DNA of 64,000 bases from Anthoceros angustus. Lineage: Eukaryota; Plantae; Anthocerotophyta. This document shows positions 13,270 to 24,463 of the stretch, piece after piece. Each line of letters begins with the position of its first letter. Position 1 is the stretch's first letter. The translations under genes and the position numbers were made by a program. A model generated the notes under the pieces. That model was not told where the DNA came from. It worked only from the letters and a program-made list of their open reading frames with translations, and made no database searches. The stretch covers positions 233,491 through 297,490 of the forward strand of contig MU008212.1 in the NCBI GenBank assembly GCA_010909165.1, in the 5' to 3' direction.

Positions 13270-14790
13270 TTCCGCAGCGGCAGGGCCTGTAATTGATTGT
13301 GAGTCTGCAACAGGACACAAGAGGCGAACTAGTCAGCGCTTCCTGCTTCAAGAAGTGAGCTCATACTAAACACCAGCTCATCCAGCCGCAAATCTTTGCG
13401 CCCGTACATTCCAGAGGCCGGTTCACATCCATGCCTTCGCCCCTTCAACGCGCCCCCACCACCACGGCAAAACATAACCACCAACACAATTCCCTGATCC
13501 CGATACCTCTCCGCGACAAAACTGACACACTCAGCGCATCCGGTTCCGCGCATGACGGTCTCAGACCTGTCCTGCAAAGAAGCAAGCGGCAAGAAACTCA
13601 TAAGCCAGGGCGCCACCACAATCCCCATCCTGTGAAAGCGCTTGAGGCGGGCAAAGGCAGCACATCGGACAACAACTTGAGGATCAAACGCACCTTAGAG
13701 GCAACAACAAAAAAGGCGCGCTCTCACAGACAGCAGAATAATGCACACAGCGCCGCACTGCGAGCTTCCAACTGGGCAGAACCTTGGAGGGAGAAGAAGC
13801 TAAGACGTACAAAAATGCGATGAGCAGCAGATATGCAATCGATTTTGAAAGGCCGACACTGTCTGGCAGCAGATTTGCCGCCACTTCCAGAGCGCGGGAC
13901 CGAATGGCGGCCTGGCGGTGATTCGCCCTCCGCGCGCCGCCTGCTCTGAGATCGTCACGCCCCACGACTTGTAGCGCGTGCAAAGCGCCAGGTCTAGGAT
14001 TCTTCACCTGATAGTGTTCTGAGCTGTTACGTCCGACCGCCTTTAGAGCTGCTGCACGCAAATCACGTCCCTAACGGGGAGCCCACTGGATTACGGTATA
14101 TAAGCTATATTTCAATCAATCTCATGATACAGTATGTACTGTACATACAATCGTCAAACGATTGGATGTACCGATTGGCGGTTTCCCAGGGCAGGCCACG
14201 TAGCAATCAGTCCTTGGCCTGGGATCCACTTCCACGTGTGACGTACTGTAATACTACACAGAGGGAAATCATATACTGTATCCCAGTCGCAGAAGTCGCG
14301 CCAACAATTTAATGTGATGGCCTCCAAATGGCTTAAGCCAAAAGGACACCGCTGTTAAGCATCCTACGCTTAGACTCAGATCGGTACTTAGATTGGGTGT
14401 TTTGAGGGAGAGGATTCCTCGGTGCAAGTAGCTTAGGCACAGGATGGTACAAGGTGTTAAGTTCCAAGTTCCAGGACAATTCCGTCCAAGCAGGACTTTT
14501 CTTCTACGTACTACCCACACAGTGGGGAAGCAAGTGAATACCGAGAATTGCTTTGGACCTCCGATTCTGGACACGATATTAGATACCAAGGTAGTTGAAA
14601 TCATCGTATAGCACCTGTGTAGGAACATAATCCCATTTTCATGGGCGCGCCAAATTCCCAAGCGAGAGGTTAGTGAATCGATCGAAATTCCCTAGCGACT
14701 AGTGCGAGTTGTTAACCATGCCCGAGACCACCCTTCATGATCGTAATCGCACGTCCAGTGGATAGGAAACCGCAACTTGACGTCTGTCCT

Positions 14791-17353
14791 TCAATGTTCG
14801 TCAAGCAGCTGCGTGGCATTGAAGGCGAGGTTAACACGAGAGCGGCCGACAAAGTACGCACTGACCTGGATTAGGGGGCGTGTTCGAACCTTCTTGGCGT
14901 TGTGAAACCGGGCCTTGACTTTGGCTATGAAGTCCTGAGTGAGACCGGATGGCTGAAAGAGCGGGGAAGAGTGCAGGCGGTTGTTAGCCACAAACTTGAA
15001 GGCGAAAGAGAGGTAGAGCTCTGAGTTGCTTCAGGCCACACCTACCTCCTGGTCCAAGTTGTGACAGTAGAGATTGGATCCCCCCGGATTTCCTGCATTT
15101 GTCATTCCAAGTATCAGGAGAGATGCCACTTGGGGACTGATGAAATATCAGCCTAGACATTGTGGTGGTGATTGTTCTTACGTCGATGGGTGTTGCTGAT
15201 GTCTCTGATGCCAGCTACAGTGGCTTGCTCTACATAAGATCTTGGGGATGGCTCCTCTGTAAAGAGAATATGCTTGTTTAGTGAGCTAAAAGAAAGTGTG
15301 TTTTTGAGGATTCGAAGGAAGTTCAGGCTAGTGAACTGCTTACCGTCACATGCCTTGTTGTAGTTGACGACAACGTTGGGAGGTGCAGTAACAACCTGAA
15401 ATACGCAAGGTGTGGTTAAAGTATCTTTCAGCGTCGTTGTGGGGTCAGTACGAACGGACGGCACAGGCATTTGTTTCTCCAACCTGGCATGGTGGATTGT
15501 GTTCCAAGTGGTATAACCGATCTTCTAGCCCAACAAGTCGATCCTGCAAAGTCGGGTGCGAGGTCATCCCAAATGGATAACTATGAGATCTGAGAAATTA
15601 TTTGTCTTTTCTTATGATTGCATCTCGGATTCAAGGAGCACCTGTATATTGGCAGTGGTTGTGTTCAGACCTTGCTCTAAAACGCAGAAACGCTCCGCCA
15701 TCTGGTCCGAGATGTCTACCTGCTCAAACAGATTGTACACATTCAACTGAAAGCACGTAGGGTGAGTCCATGCCCTAAACAGCATGGATTGCAGTGTACC
15801 CCTAACCCGCACTTACGAGCTTTTGATACATCTCCTGGTAGCTATTTCTCAGGGCACAGAAAGCCTCCAAAGAGCGCTTGGCACGAGGTTCTCGTTTCCC
15901 GTGACCTCTCTCAATTGTCACCTGATAGTACAGCACCCGGGCTGTCAAGTTTGTCACTTGCTGCTTATAGCTTGTTGAACACCAATGAGAACAGAGAGGG
16001 CTGGGGGGCAGACCTTCGTTGGTGATGCTGCACGCAACCTGCAGCCGCTGTGGTCCTGTAGTCATGAATAGTGGATCATGAACATGGCTGGCACCTAAAT
16101 GCGGCACCCATGAAGAAGGTGCCAATGATGAGGTAATGGAGATCAGTTTTCAAGAGGCACCTCTCCTTGCTGATGAGCCCTGGTCTCATGGATGTCCTGA
16201 TGCTTCGAATAAGGCACGTGCTCTTCTGAGTACTGATCCAATTCCGACATCTCCTCATCCTGCAGCCGTTCTTCGTTAGAGGTCGACCATCCGACACAGA
16301 AGGTCGCCCTAACCTTGGATGTGAGGTACGTACTACCAGACATGGCTGGGCTGGGGGTACTTGGTTCTCCATTTCGCACTTGTTGGATTGGCGAGCACTT
16401 TTCAGCTAATGCGATGGAGATGAAGTCAGAGCACATGTTGGGGGTTTCCGCCACAAGAAGTACCAACCATCTCTAGGTTGTTTCCGTAACAAGAAGTACT
16501 CACCTTGCACATGAACTTGGCTTGCCGGAATTGTTTGAGCAGCTCATAATGTTTTCTCTTGCAGATCTGTATATGGAGAGGTGGCACATGAGGAGTGACC
16601 TGGATATTGAGCTCTGATATCGTCAACCTGGGCAAGGTTACTCGTCTGACCTGAATAACGTCGTGCACAAAATGCAGCTTCCTTTCGACAAATCCTCTCG
16701 CAAACAGCTGCCAGCAACACTAGGTCAATTGCCAACAACCGCTTCTTACTGGCAGCATCAGTTCCACCCATTAGGACTAGGGCAAAGCAACAGTGGTGCC
16801 ATAAAATGCAGATTGACCGCTGGCTGGTTGCAGGTTGCTTACGCAACGACGCCGTACAACAGTGGATTCACCTGTGCCAGAGTCAAAGAGCATCTGTAGT
16901 TGAACTCGGTCCGAAGAAACTTCAAGGTGCACTCGACAAATCTCTGCACGACAGCAATGGATACCTTTAGCAAGCAGACACCTGAGAACAGGAAAATAAT
17001 GCGCATACTGTACTGTACAGGTGGGCCAACCAAGTCACTCTTGGCATACAACTCGTAGCCACAAGCGGACAGGTATCTGGCAACGTGTCTGGAAAATCCC
17101 AGCAACGCGTAGTGCAGGAGTGGCAAAATAGCTCCCGGCAATCCATCCCGCAGCCTGCTTGGCAGGGTTGCAGCAGGAAGGGCATTCAGTGAAGGCACAA
17201 GGATTTCATTCTAGAGCAGAGCATGCTGCATTGCATTGGCAGATCTTTAAGGGAGTCATGTAACCCTTGGATATCCAGAGGATGCGGATATGCGATGGAC
17301 CGCAGCTGCACGCGCATACGCTCCAAATTCCCCTCTAAGTCTCCCGTTGCCAT
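14791..17353 (-). CDS. CEP44: Centrosomal protein CEP44 homolog (multi-exon)
   Basis: Spliced N-terminus MATGDLEGNLERMRVQLRSIAYPHPLDIQG / LRDGLPGAILPLLHYALLGFSRHVARYLSACGYELYAKSDL / RFVECTLKFLRTEFNYRCSLTLAQ / LFARGFVERKLHFVHDVIQ / ICKRKHYEL follows the CEP44 domain (human [23 protein letters not shown]...). Coiled-coil exon at ~15650-15750; C-terminus FHNAKK/LLDEH*. Confidence 0.85.
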
Positions 17354-18130
17354 TCTGCCCCGATTTTGAATCTATCACTGCTCATCAAGCCCGACAGATT
17401 TCCCGCTGCTGGAAGCAATTTGAGCATTTCTTGGTGGGCACTTCGGCTCCTGCCAAGAAACAACGGTCATTGCAGGTTCTAACTGCCTTTCTCGGTCGAC
17501 CGCCAATGTGGCAAACTCTCATCGCTAGTGGAAGCCAAACGATGGCAACCGGCATGTTCAATCCAGGACCAGCAACAGACATAATTACACTGTTTATATT
17601 GCCTTGCACGGATTACGAGAAAAAGGTGCTGTACATCCGAAACATCCATTTCAAGACGCAGCAGCAAGGCAGAGAAGCTCTGCGATTGCCTTGGCTACCT
17701 AAACTGAATCACCTCACGGGGAAGGGCAGGACCTACATCAGATCCCCTGAAGCCCCTTCCCTTCCCTTATTTATGTCTGCAAGAGAACAGGACTAAATCC
17801 CTTTACTTTCTGAAGTGTGTGTCATCAAGAAATGACAACTCCAATGTAGGTAACATAAATACGCCTCGTCTGCAACAAAGGCCACATAGCAATAGCAATA
17901 GCAATAGCAACAGGACGCAAAGAGAGCCCTGTCTTGTCAGTAATAGACTACCTAGGTAGTGTGGGAATCATAATAGAAAAGGATTCCAAAGCAGCAAGAT
18001 TGCTTGCCGAGCCAGCAAAGCAGTCTTGCACAGCTTATTCTGACGGGGAGAAAAGTTGGTTCGCACCCCCGCAGGTGATACCCTCAACATAAGCATACAT
18101 AGTGAAGGGGCCAAGAAAAGCGCATGATCC

Positions 18131-21070
18131 CTAACCAGTGTTCTGCATCCCAGCAGCAATACCCTTCATAGTGAGGATCAATGTGTCCTCCAGCCCAGGC
18201 GGATACTGGGTGGTGGAGTTGAGCAGCACCAGGTCAGCAGCGGACGGGGCCGAGGCCACACCATCAACAGGGTTCCGCACACAAAACTGTGAGTTCTGGT
18301 CACGCATCCTCTTCAGCGTGTACGCCTGCTGCACGTTGAGGGCCGTGATGTAGGGGTCCCTGAGCCGGAGCCGCTGCTTCAAAGTCGGATTCCCGGCAAG
18401 AATATCCGCATGTCCTGCCACCTTCAAGAGAAGCTGCTTGGCCTCGTCGTACTTGGCCCGCATTGTGGCACCCACCTCCTGCAGCTCATCTGACACCAGC
18501 AGATTATCGTACAAGGCAGCGATCCTGGGGTCCCCCTTGGCGAACACCATCTCAATCAAGTCGATGGTAACCCTGAAGAACGGCCACTCCTCGTACATGG
18601 TTCGCAATGTATCAAGATTCTGCGGGCTCTTCTGCAGCGCCGTCCTGAACGCCGCCCCGAGCCCCAGCCACACAGGCAAATGAAACCGCGTCTGCGTCCA
18701 TGCGAAAATCCACGGAATCGCCCTCAGCGTCTCAATCCCTCCGCTGGGCCTCCGCTTGGAAGGCCTGCTCCCGATGTTCATCCGCCCGTACTCCAGCTCC
18801 GGGGTCGCCGCTCGGAAGTACTGCACGAACCTGGGGTCCCCGAAAACCAGGGCCCGGTACTCCACCGTCGCCTCCACCGCCATAGCGTCCATCAGCGCTC
18901 GCCACTCCGGCTTCGGCGACACCGGGGGCCGCATCCCGTGCTCCAGCGTCGCGGCCGTGAACCGCTGCAAAGTCCGGAAGCACAGATGCTCCTCACCGAA
19001 CGACTGCTCGATCACCTCCCCCTGGATGGTCACCCGCAGCGACCCGTTGATGGTGTCCGGGGGCTGCGACAGGATAGCAAGATGCGTCGGCCCGCCTCCT
19101 CGCCCCACCGTCCCGCCCCGACCGTGGAAGATGGTGAGCTTCACCCCGTACTGCTTCGCCACATTCACCAAGCTCTCCTGCGCCTTGAACATGGCCCAGG
19201 CCGCGGTCAGCCTCCCCGCATCCTTCCCGGAGTCCGAGTACCCGATCATCACCTCCTGCTGCCCAGCGATCCGCGCCAGGTACCAGTCGATGGAGAAGAG
19301 CCGCTCCAGCGACGCAGGCGCCGACTCCAAGTCAGCCAGCTTCTCAAACAACGGCACCACCCGCAGCGGCCTCGGCACTCCGCACTCCCGCTGCAGCAGT
19401 TCCACCACCAGCACGTCGGACGGGGCCGTCGCCATGGAGATAACATACGCCCCGAAGGAATCCCGAGGAAGGTCGGCCACCGTCCGGATAGTGTCCAGCA
19501 CGTCCTTGATCTCCTCCGTCATCGGCAGATCTGCGCCAAACAACGGCCGCTTCCCTCGCAGCTCCGCCAGCAGCCATTCCTGCCGCTGCTCCTCGCTCCA
19601 CTCCCGGTACGAGCCCAGCCCTAGGTGGAGAGTGATGGCGTCCATGACATCCGTGTGCCTGTCCGACTCCTGCCGGATGTCCAGCTTCACCAGGGACAGC
19701 CCGAAGCACGACACCTGCCGGATGAAGTCCAGGAGGCTCCCGTCCGCGATGGCCTTGTCCCCGGTGGAGCAGAGGGAGCGGTAGCATAGCTCCAGCGGCT
19801 CCAGGAGCTGGTCAGTGGAAGAATAGGTCTCATCAGCCGGGATGTCGGACTTGCCTGCAGCCAGCACCTGGCGGATGCGCTCCCGGGTGTGGTAGAGCCG
19901 GTCCCGCACGTCGCCAAGAATCACTCGGTAGGGTTCCCCGGGAGGAATCTGCTTCCAGAACTCAATGTAGTGCTTGGCGTCCTTCTTGGAGACGCTCTCC
20001 AGGGAGGCCACCCGGGAGCGGAGCTCGTCGCTGCACCGCCACATGGAGAGCTCGAACATGAGGTCGTCCAGCTGCGAGAAGTAGAGGTTGGTGGCCATGA
20101 GGCGCGCCAGGAGGCAGACATCGCGGGTGACCTCGGCCGTGACCCTGGGGTTGCCGTCCCGGTCCCCTCCCATCCAGGAGGAGAATTGGATGAGCGGGAC
20201 GCGGTAGGGGAGGCGCTCCTGCACCCCGATGCGGCGGAGAGCCGTGTCCACCCGGCGGAGGAAGCGCGGGAGTCCCTTCCAGATGGTCTCGTGGAAGTAA
20301 CTCATGCCGGCGCGCATCTCGTCCTGCGGGGTGGGCGGGTTGCGCCGGATCTCGTCGGTGCGGAAGGCGGCCTGGATCTCCCGCTGCAGCGCCTCGTCCA
20401 GCTCCTGCCGCTCGTCCTCGTCTTGCTCCCCGTCCGCGGCCTGCTCCTCGGCCAGCGCGGGGAGACTATGGCGGTGGAGCTGGGTGAGGCAGCTGCGGAT
20501 GCGGCCATGCTTCTGGAGGAGGGAGCGGCGCACAGACTGCGTGGGGTGCGCCGTGAGCACCAGGTCCACCGTCTGGTTCATGAGCGCCTCGAAGATGTCC
20601 TGCGGGCTCCGGCCCAGGCGGAGGAGCTTGGCGAAGGTGTCGTCCAGGTCCGACTCCGTCAACGCCGAACCCTCGTCCAAGATGCCACCCGAGCGGGTCT
20701 TGAGCGCACGGCGACGGAAAGCAATCTGCACCTCCTCCGCAAGGTTGCCCAGGTTGAGCATGTGGGACAGAGAACTGGCCACCACGATGGAAACTCCCGG
20801 TTCCAACGCGCTCAGCACCTCCCCGAGCTGCTGCAGCATACGCGGGTCATCCGTCTGATTGTACTGGCCCGACAACTCGTAGCACCGCAACACCACCTCT
20901 TCCACCTTCTCCCCGTGTAACTCCCGCAGCACGTCCAGAAAGCGGTCGAGCAACAACCCCTCCGATTCCACCAGCGTGTCATCCTCCGATACCTTCTTGG
21001 GTGCCAAGAGCCGCATCTGCGCGTCCATGCTCGCCGACTTCTCCAACACCGCGCCCGCCCTCAACGCCAT
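18131..21070 (-). CDS. PPC: Plant-type phosphoenolpyruvate carboxylase, single exon (~979 aa)
   Basis: Uninterrupted ORF with N-terminal phospho-motif [61 protein letters not shown]-type [13 protein letters not shown] and C-terminal MQNTG. I place the start at MALRAG (21070) rather than at the upstream GTG of the ORF track. Confidence 0.98.
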   Translation of the reverse strand: MALRAGAVLEKSASMDAQMRLLAPKKVSEDDTLVESEGLLLDRFLDVLRELHGEKVEEVVLRCYELSGQYNQTDDPRMLQQLGEVLSALEPGVSIVVASSLSHMLNLGNLAEEVQIAFRRRALKTRSGGILDEGSALTESDLDDTFAKLLRLGRSPQDIFEALMNQTVDLVLTAHPTQSVRRSLLQKHGRIRSCLTQLHRHSLPALAEEQAADGEQDEDERQELDEALQREIQAAFRTDEIRRNPPTPQDEMRAGMSYFHETIWKGLPRFLRRVDTALRRIGVQERLPYRVPLIQFSSWMGGDRDGNPRVTAEVTRDVCLLARLMATNLYFSQLDDLMFELSMWRCSDELRSRVASLESVSKKDAKHYIEFWKQIPPGEPYRVILGDVRDRLYHTRERIRQVLAAGKSDIPADETYSSTDQLLEPLELCYRSLCSTGDKAIADGSLLDFIRQVSCFGLSLVKLDIRQESDRHTDVMDAITLHLGLGSYREWSEEQRQEWLLAELRGKRPLFGADLPMTEEIKDVLDTIRTVADLPRDSFGAYVISMATAPSDVLVVELLQRECGVPRPLRVVPLFEKLADLESAPASLERLFSIDWYLARIAGQQEVMIGYSDSGKDAGRLTAAWAMFKAQESLVNVAKQYGVKLTIFHGRGGTVGRGGGPTHLAILSQPPDTINGSLRVTIQGEVIEQSFGEEHLCFRTLQRFTAATLEHGMRPPVSPKPEWRALMDAMAVEATVEYRALVFGDPRFVQYFRAATPELEYGRMNIGSRPSKRRPSGGIETLRAIPWIFAWTQTRFHLPVWLGLGAAFRTALQKSPQNLDTLRTMYEEWPFFRVTIDLIEMVFAKGDPRIAALYDNLLVSDELQEVGATMRAKYDEAKQLLLKVAGHADILAGNPTLKQRLRLRDPYITALNVQQAYTLKRMRDQNSQFCVRNPVDGVASAPSAADLVLLNSTTQYPPGLEDTLILTMKGIAAGMQNTG

Positions 21071-21160
21071 CCCCACGTCCTGGCACCCGATGCAACCTGC
21101 AAACATGCCGCTCCGCCCCTTGCCTCCCGCAACCCTCGCTCTCTGTTGAAGTCCAGTCTT

Positions 21161-21281
21161 CCTTTTAAGTACAGTCCTCCTCACGTACAGTTTTCCTTAT
21201 GTAGATTCTTCCTTATGTACAGTCTTCCTTATGTACAGTCTTCTTTATGTACAGTCTTCCTTATGTAAAGTCTTCCTTATG
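21161..21281. repeat. 16-bp tandem repeat (TTCCTTATGTACAGTC, ~7.5 copies)
   Basis: Units start at 21193, 21209, 21225, 21241, 21257 and 21273, with two degenerate units at 21161 and 21177. Confidence 0.9.
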
Positions 21282-21359
21282 ACCTTAAGTCTCAAGTTCC
21301 AGACACACGCATACTTTCAAGATAGTGCCTGAGCGTGCTTGAATCCTCTGTTTCACAGC

Positions 21360-22910
21360 ATGTTTAACCGCAAGTTGGTGTGGTGATCCCAAGTGTTATC
21401 AAGTTTGGATCCTCCGTTGGTGGTGATGGTGATGGCAACCCTTTTGGTAAGTTGTGAGGACTTCATCTGAATCTGTTCTGCTTTGAATCTTAGGGGCTGG
21501 TCATTTACCAATGCCTTTGCACTGTGTGTTTGGGCATCAGTTAAGCCGGAGACAACAGTTGTGGCAGGCCTGTTACAGAGTAGGCTTATACTGGCTGAAC
21601 ACATTAAGCGGTGTCGTACTTGCGAGGTACTTTTAGCTACATCGATAAATGAAGCTTTTCACAAGACATGTGTAACCTTCTCTTTCTCTACTGAGATTTT
21701 TTCCTCATCATGTGCCTGTGCAGGAGATTTTGACCCTTTCCCTTTGCAAAGTTGATTTGCTTAGCAGTCTGGAAGAGGACCAGACTTTGATAGACAAAAT
21801 CCCGGCTCTAAAGAATGACGCTGCACTGTTTGAGCAGGTAACCTTATTGCAGTACTGTGTATGATATGGGTGTGGTCAACACAGGCTATTGCACCAGAAA
21901 GAACACAGAACAGTTTCAGATTATTCCTAGAGTTGATGCCTAGTTGCATCTTTGCGTATTTTGTTGAGGAGCCATATGAGATTCGAGTCATGAGGCACAA
22001 ACTGGAGCAAAATCTTCGATTAGTAAATGCAGGTCTGGGCATAGCTGATGAGCTCTAACACATTTTAATTGATTGTCAATTGTCAAGCGCGTTTTTTCTT
22101 ACTGTTCATAGCATCTGTTAGTCCAGCTCCTCATTGACATTGAGTACAACATTGATGATATCCCTGGCATTGACCCTCGAGAAAATGCATATGGAAACGA
22201 GCAGGAGTTTCTCCCATGACTTGAAGCTCGTGGATGTGCGTTAGCAGTATGGATATAAATTGCGTCTCTGAGATCCATGCATGCTAACATCTCACAATAA
22301 CGTCATCGAACTACAGCTTTTCTTTGAGAATGCATCGTGATGCTCGCTTGGCTGACAGCAAGCTCAAAGATCTTGTGCGGCTTGCGCAGACGTTTGGGTT
22401 TCACCAGTGAGCACTGGATGTGCGCCAAGAGTCAACAATGCACTCAGAGGTCGAGCACGTAGCTCCAGAAGTTATTTTGGAAGGGACGGCATTTCCCAAG
22501 TACTTTCATGCACAAGGGTACTCTCAGCACTTTTCCTATCTGAATGTCTTGTTGGTTTGCAGGCCACACATGAGTTCATGAAATTGCTGAGCCTTGTTGA
22601 CGACTATGCCTCTCTTACAGAATCCAAAAGCTGGCTGATGCCCTGTCCTTGCCTCCTTCACTGGACAAACTTAAGGTGAGGGTTTATGATGTGCTTTGTT
22701 TGGTGGCTGTAGCACTAGGCGTGGGCTGTGGTCTGACTCTCGAGGTTGTTCACTGCAGGGTATTCTTGAAAAGATGTCAGAATCAACCCGGCAAGTGGTC
22801 GATGTATTCTTTGCCTGTGCTGACATCTTGGACATGGTCTCTCTCAAAGCTGTTGCCTCGTACATCGTCTCCATGACTAGCCATGCATCTCATGTGCTGG
22901 AGGTATGTAC
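21360..22910 (+). pseudogene. Decayed intron-containing PEPC fragment of atypical bacterial-like type
   Basis: Exon peptides: VIPSVIKFGSSVGGDGDGNPF|VKPETTVVAGLLQSRLILAEHIKR; ILTLSLCKVDLLSSLEEDQ; VEEPYEIRVMRHKLEQN; AYGNEQEFL(fs)HDLKL; DARLADSKLKDLVRLAQTFGFHQ*ALDVRQESTMHSE; DDYASL(fs)RIQKLADAL; STRQVVDVF...AVASYIVSMTSHASHVLEV. These are collinear with the PEPC core. In-frame TGA at 22408, frameshifts, GT-AG introns. Confidence 0.85.
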
Positions 22911-23102
22911 CATCTTCTAATGTGTCCTCGATTCCTGGCTTAACAGTAGGGACATGGAATTAAATATGTTGTTGCCGTGTGATGCCAGGTCCTATTCCTT
23001 GCATGGTTCTCTTGCCGAAAGCTGATTGCGAAAGACTCCACTGGCAAGTGCACAGCACGGCTAATAGCAGCACCCTTGTTTGAAACAACACCCGATCTTC
23101 AG

Positions 23103-23652
23103 GTATACTATGCTGGAATAGCGTCTGAGGGGCAAACTGAGCAGGTTGTGAGGCTGTCTTTTAACTGTTGGTTTCCACCATGGATAAACTATGGCAAAAA
23201 AATCACATTTCCCACAGTTGTTGGCCACTCTAAGCTCCTGCCTTGTCTCAGGTTCTAAAAAACATGGGAGAAGCTGGTGGTGCAAGCTATTCTTCAGTTG
23301 TCAAAACAACTATGAAGTAGGCCCACCAAACCTCCTGACTTCTTGACACATGTAGATACCTGGCAGGAACAGAATCGCTATGTGCAGGCATCTCACCTCA
23401 GGTTCTGGCAGGTTGGCTGATCTTGCCGACTTCAACGCAGTGAATGAAATCTACGCTAAATGTAAGCCTTGCCTCAACTTGGATACCTCATATCTGCCAC
23501 AGCAGCTTGCCTGGAAACTAATGACGACTGCCGGTGGATGCAGACTTCACAGGACCAGCACTGGCACGGTGCACTTACCAGGTGGCTGCATTGCCTTTAA
23601 ACGCCCGAATAGAAACAGAGTGTACTGCGGCGCTTCCCTCCTCCACGGGTAA
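23103..23652 (+). pseudogene. RidA/YjgF-family 3-prime fragment
   Basis: Exons GQTEQ / VLKNMGEAGGASYSSVVKTT / LADLADFNAVNEIYAK / FTGPALARCTYQVAALPLNARIETEC...*. The GPYSQA N-terminal exons were not found, and small deletions are present relative to typical RidA. Confidence 0.8.
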
Positions 23653-24061
23653 TCTCTGACTGGTAGGAGACAACTGGTGAACACCCTGTCCGATTGCTGG
23701 GACGTGTTAACTGTAGACTGGAGTTACATGGTTGCAAGATGCAACACACCAAAGGCTGCACTGTGCGACACGAAGACGAAGAAAGCTCTTTGTCGCCCGG
23801 CAGCTGGATAGGAATCGGAACACCTAATAACAGAACACGCTGGAGCGAAATGCCGAAGGGAAACAATTTTGGTATCTGTCAGTTCTGTTAGTACAGGTCG
23901 GTTGTTGGCAAACCCTAATAAACGAAGCGGTCTCGTGAGCTATGTCGTGTGCCAAGTGTGACGTCGTTCCCATCCAGCCAACTTCCAAGTTCCGACTTGC
24001 GCATTCCTTCCGCTACTGGAAAGCGCGAGGGTAGAGAGAGAGCGAGAGCGGATTATTCAGG

Positions 24062-24298
24062 ATGAATTTCGGAGATGGGGCCGGCGACGGTTTCAGGCGC
24101 ACAGGGACACCCTTCTCTCGCATCGTGAACCCGGAGCTATATGCCAAACCCAACCTCACGGTGGGTCTCATGGGCACTACTGTCTTCGTCGTCCTGCTCT
24201 CGAATTTCTGGTGGCAGCGGCATAGCATGGAGAAGCAACGGGAAGTGAGGCTGAAGAATGCTCCGAAACCGGTGGAGGTTCTGCACCAGGATGACTAG
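24062..24298 (+). CDS. SMIM8-like small single-pass membrane protein (78 aa)
   Basis: FSRIVNPELYAKPNLTVGLMG followed by a TM segment resembles the SMIM8/DUF4500 signature [20 protein letters not shown]. An upstream AAACCCTAA telo-box lies at ~23910. Confidence 0.7.
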   Translation: MNFGDGAGDGFRRTGTPFSRIVNPELYAKPNLTVGLMGTTVFVVLLSNFWWQRHSMEKQREVRLKNAPKPVEVLHQDD

Positions 24299-24463
24299 CT
24301 ATCTTGTGATGGTGCTGTAAGCAGGGTCGTCGAGAACACGAGCAAGATGTTAGATAATCCTAGTGATAGCAGTTGTATAGAGAGCTTGCCAATTTTGACA
24401 AACAGTAGAGACGAGAAATTCCCTCCCCCCCCTTTTTTTTTTTTTTTCCTTTCAGTCAGCAGG

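Noticed and set aside
14640-14660. E2F-like site (TTTGGCGC on the - strand) upstream of MORC
   Set aside because: An 8-bp match is expected by chance and the TSS is unknown.
17290-17796. 168-aa + strand ORF
   Set aside because: Overlaps CEP44 exon 1 and promoter in antisense, and has no recognisable motif.
18680-20920. Long + strand and alternate-frame ORFs (314, 342 and 343 aa)
   Set aside because: Antisense shadows of the GC-rich PEPC coding sequence, with no recognisable domains.
22408-22410. Rescue of the TGA in the PEPC relic by U-to-C RNA editing
   Set aside because: Such editing is organellar, whereas this locus has spliceosomal introns and additional frameshifts.
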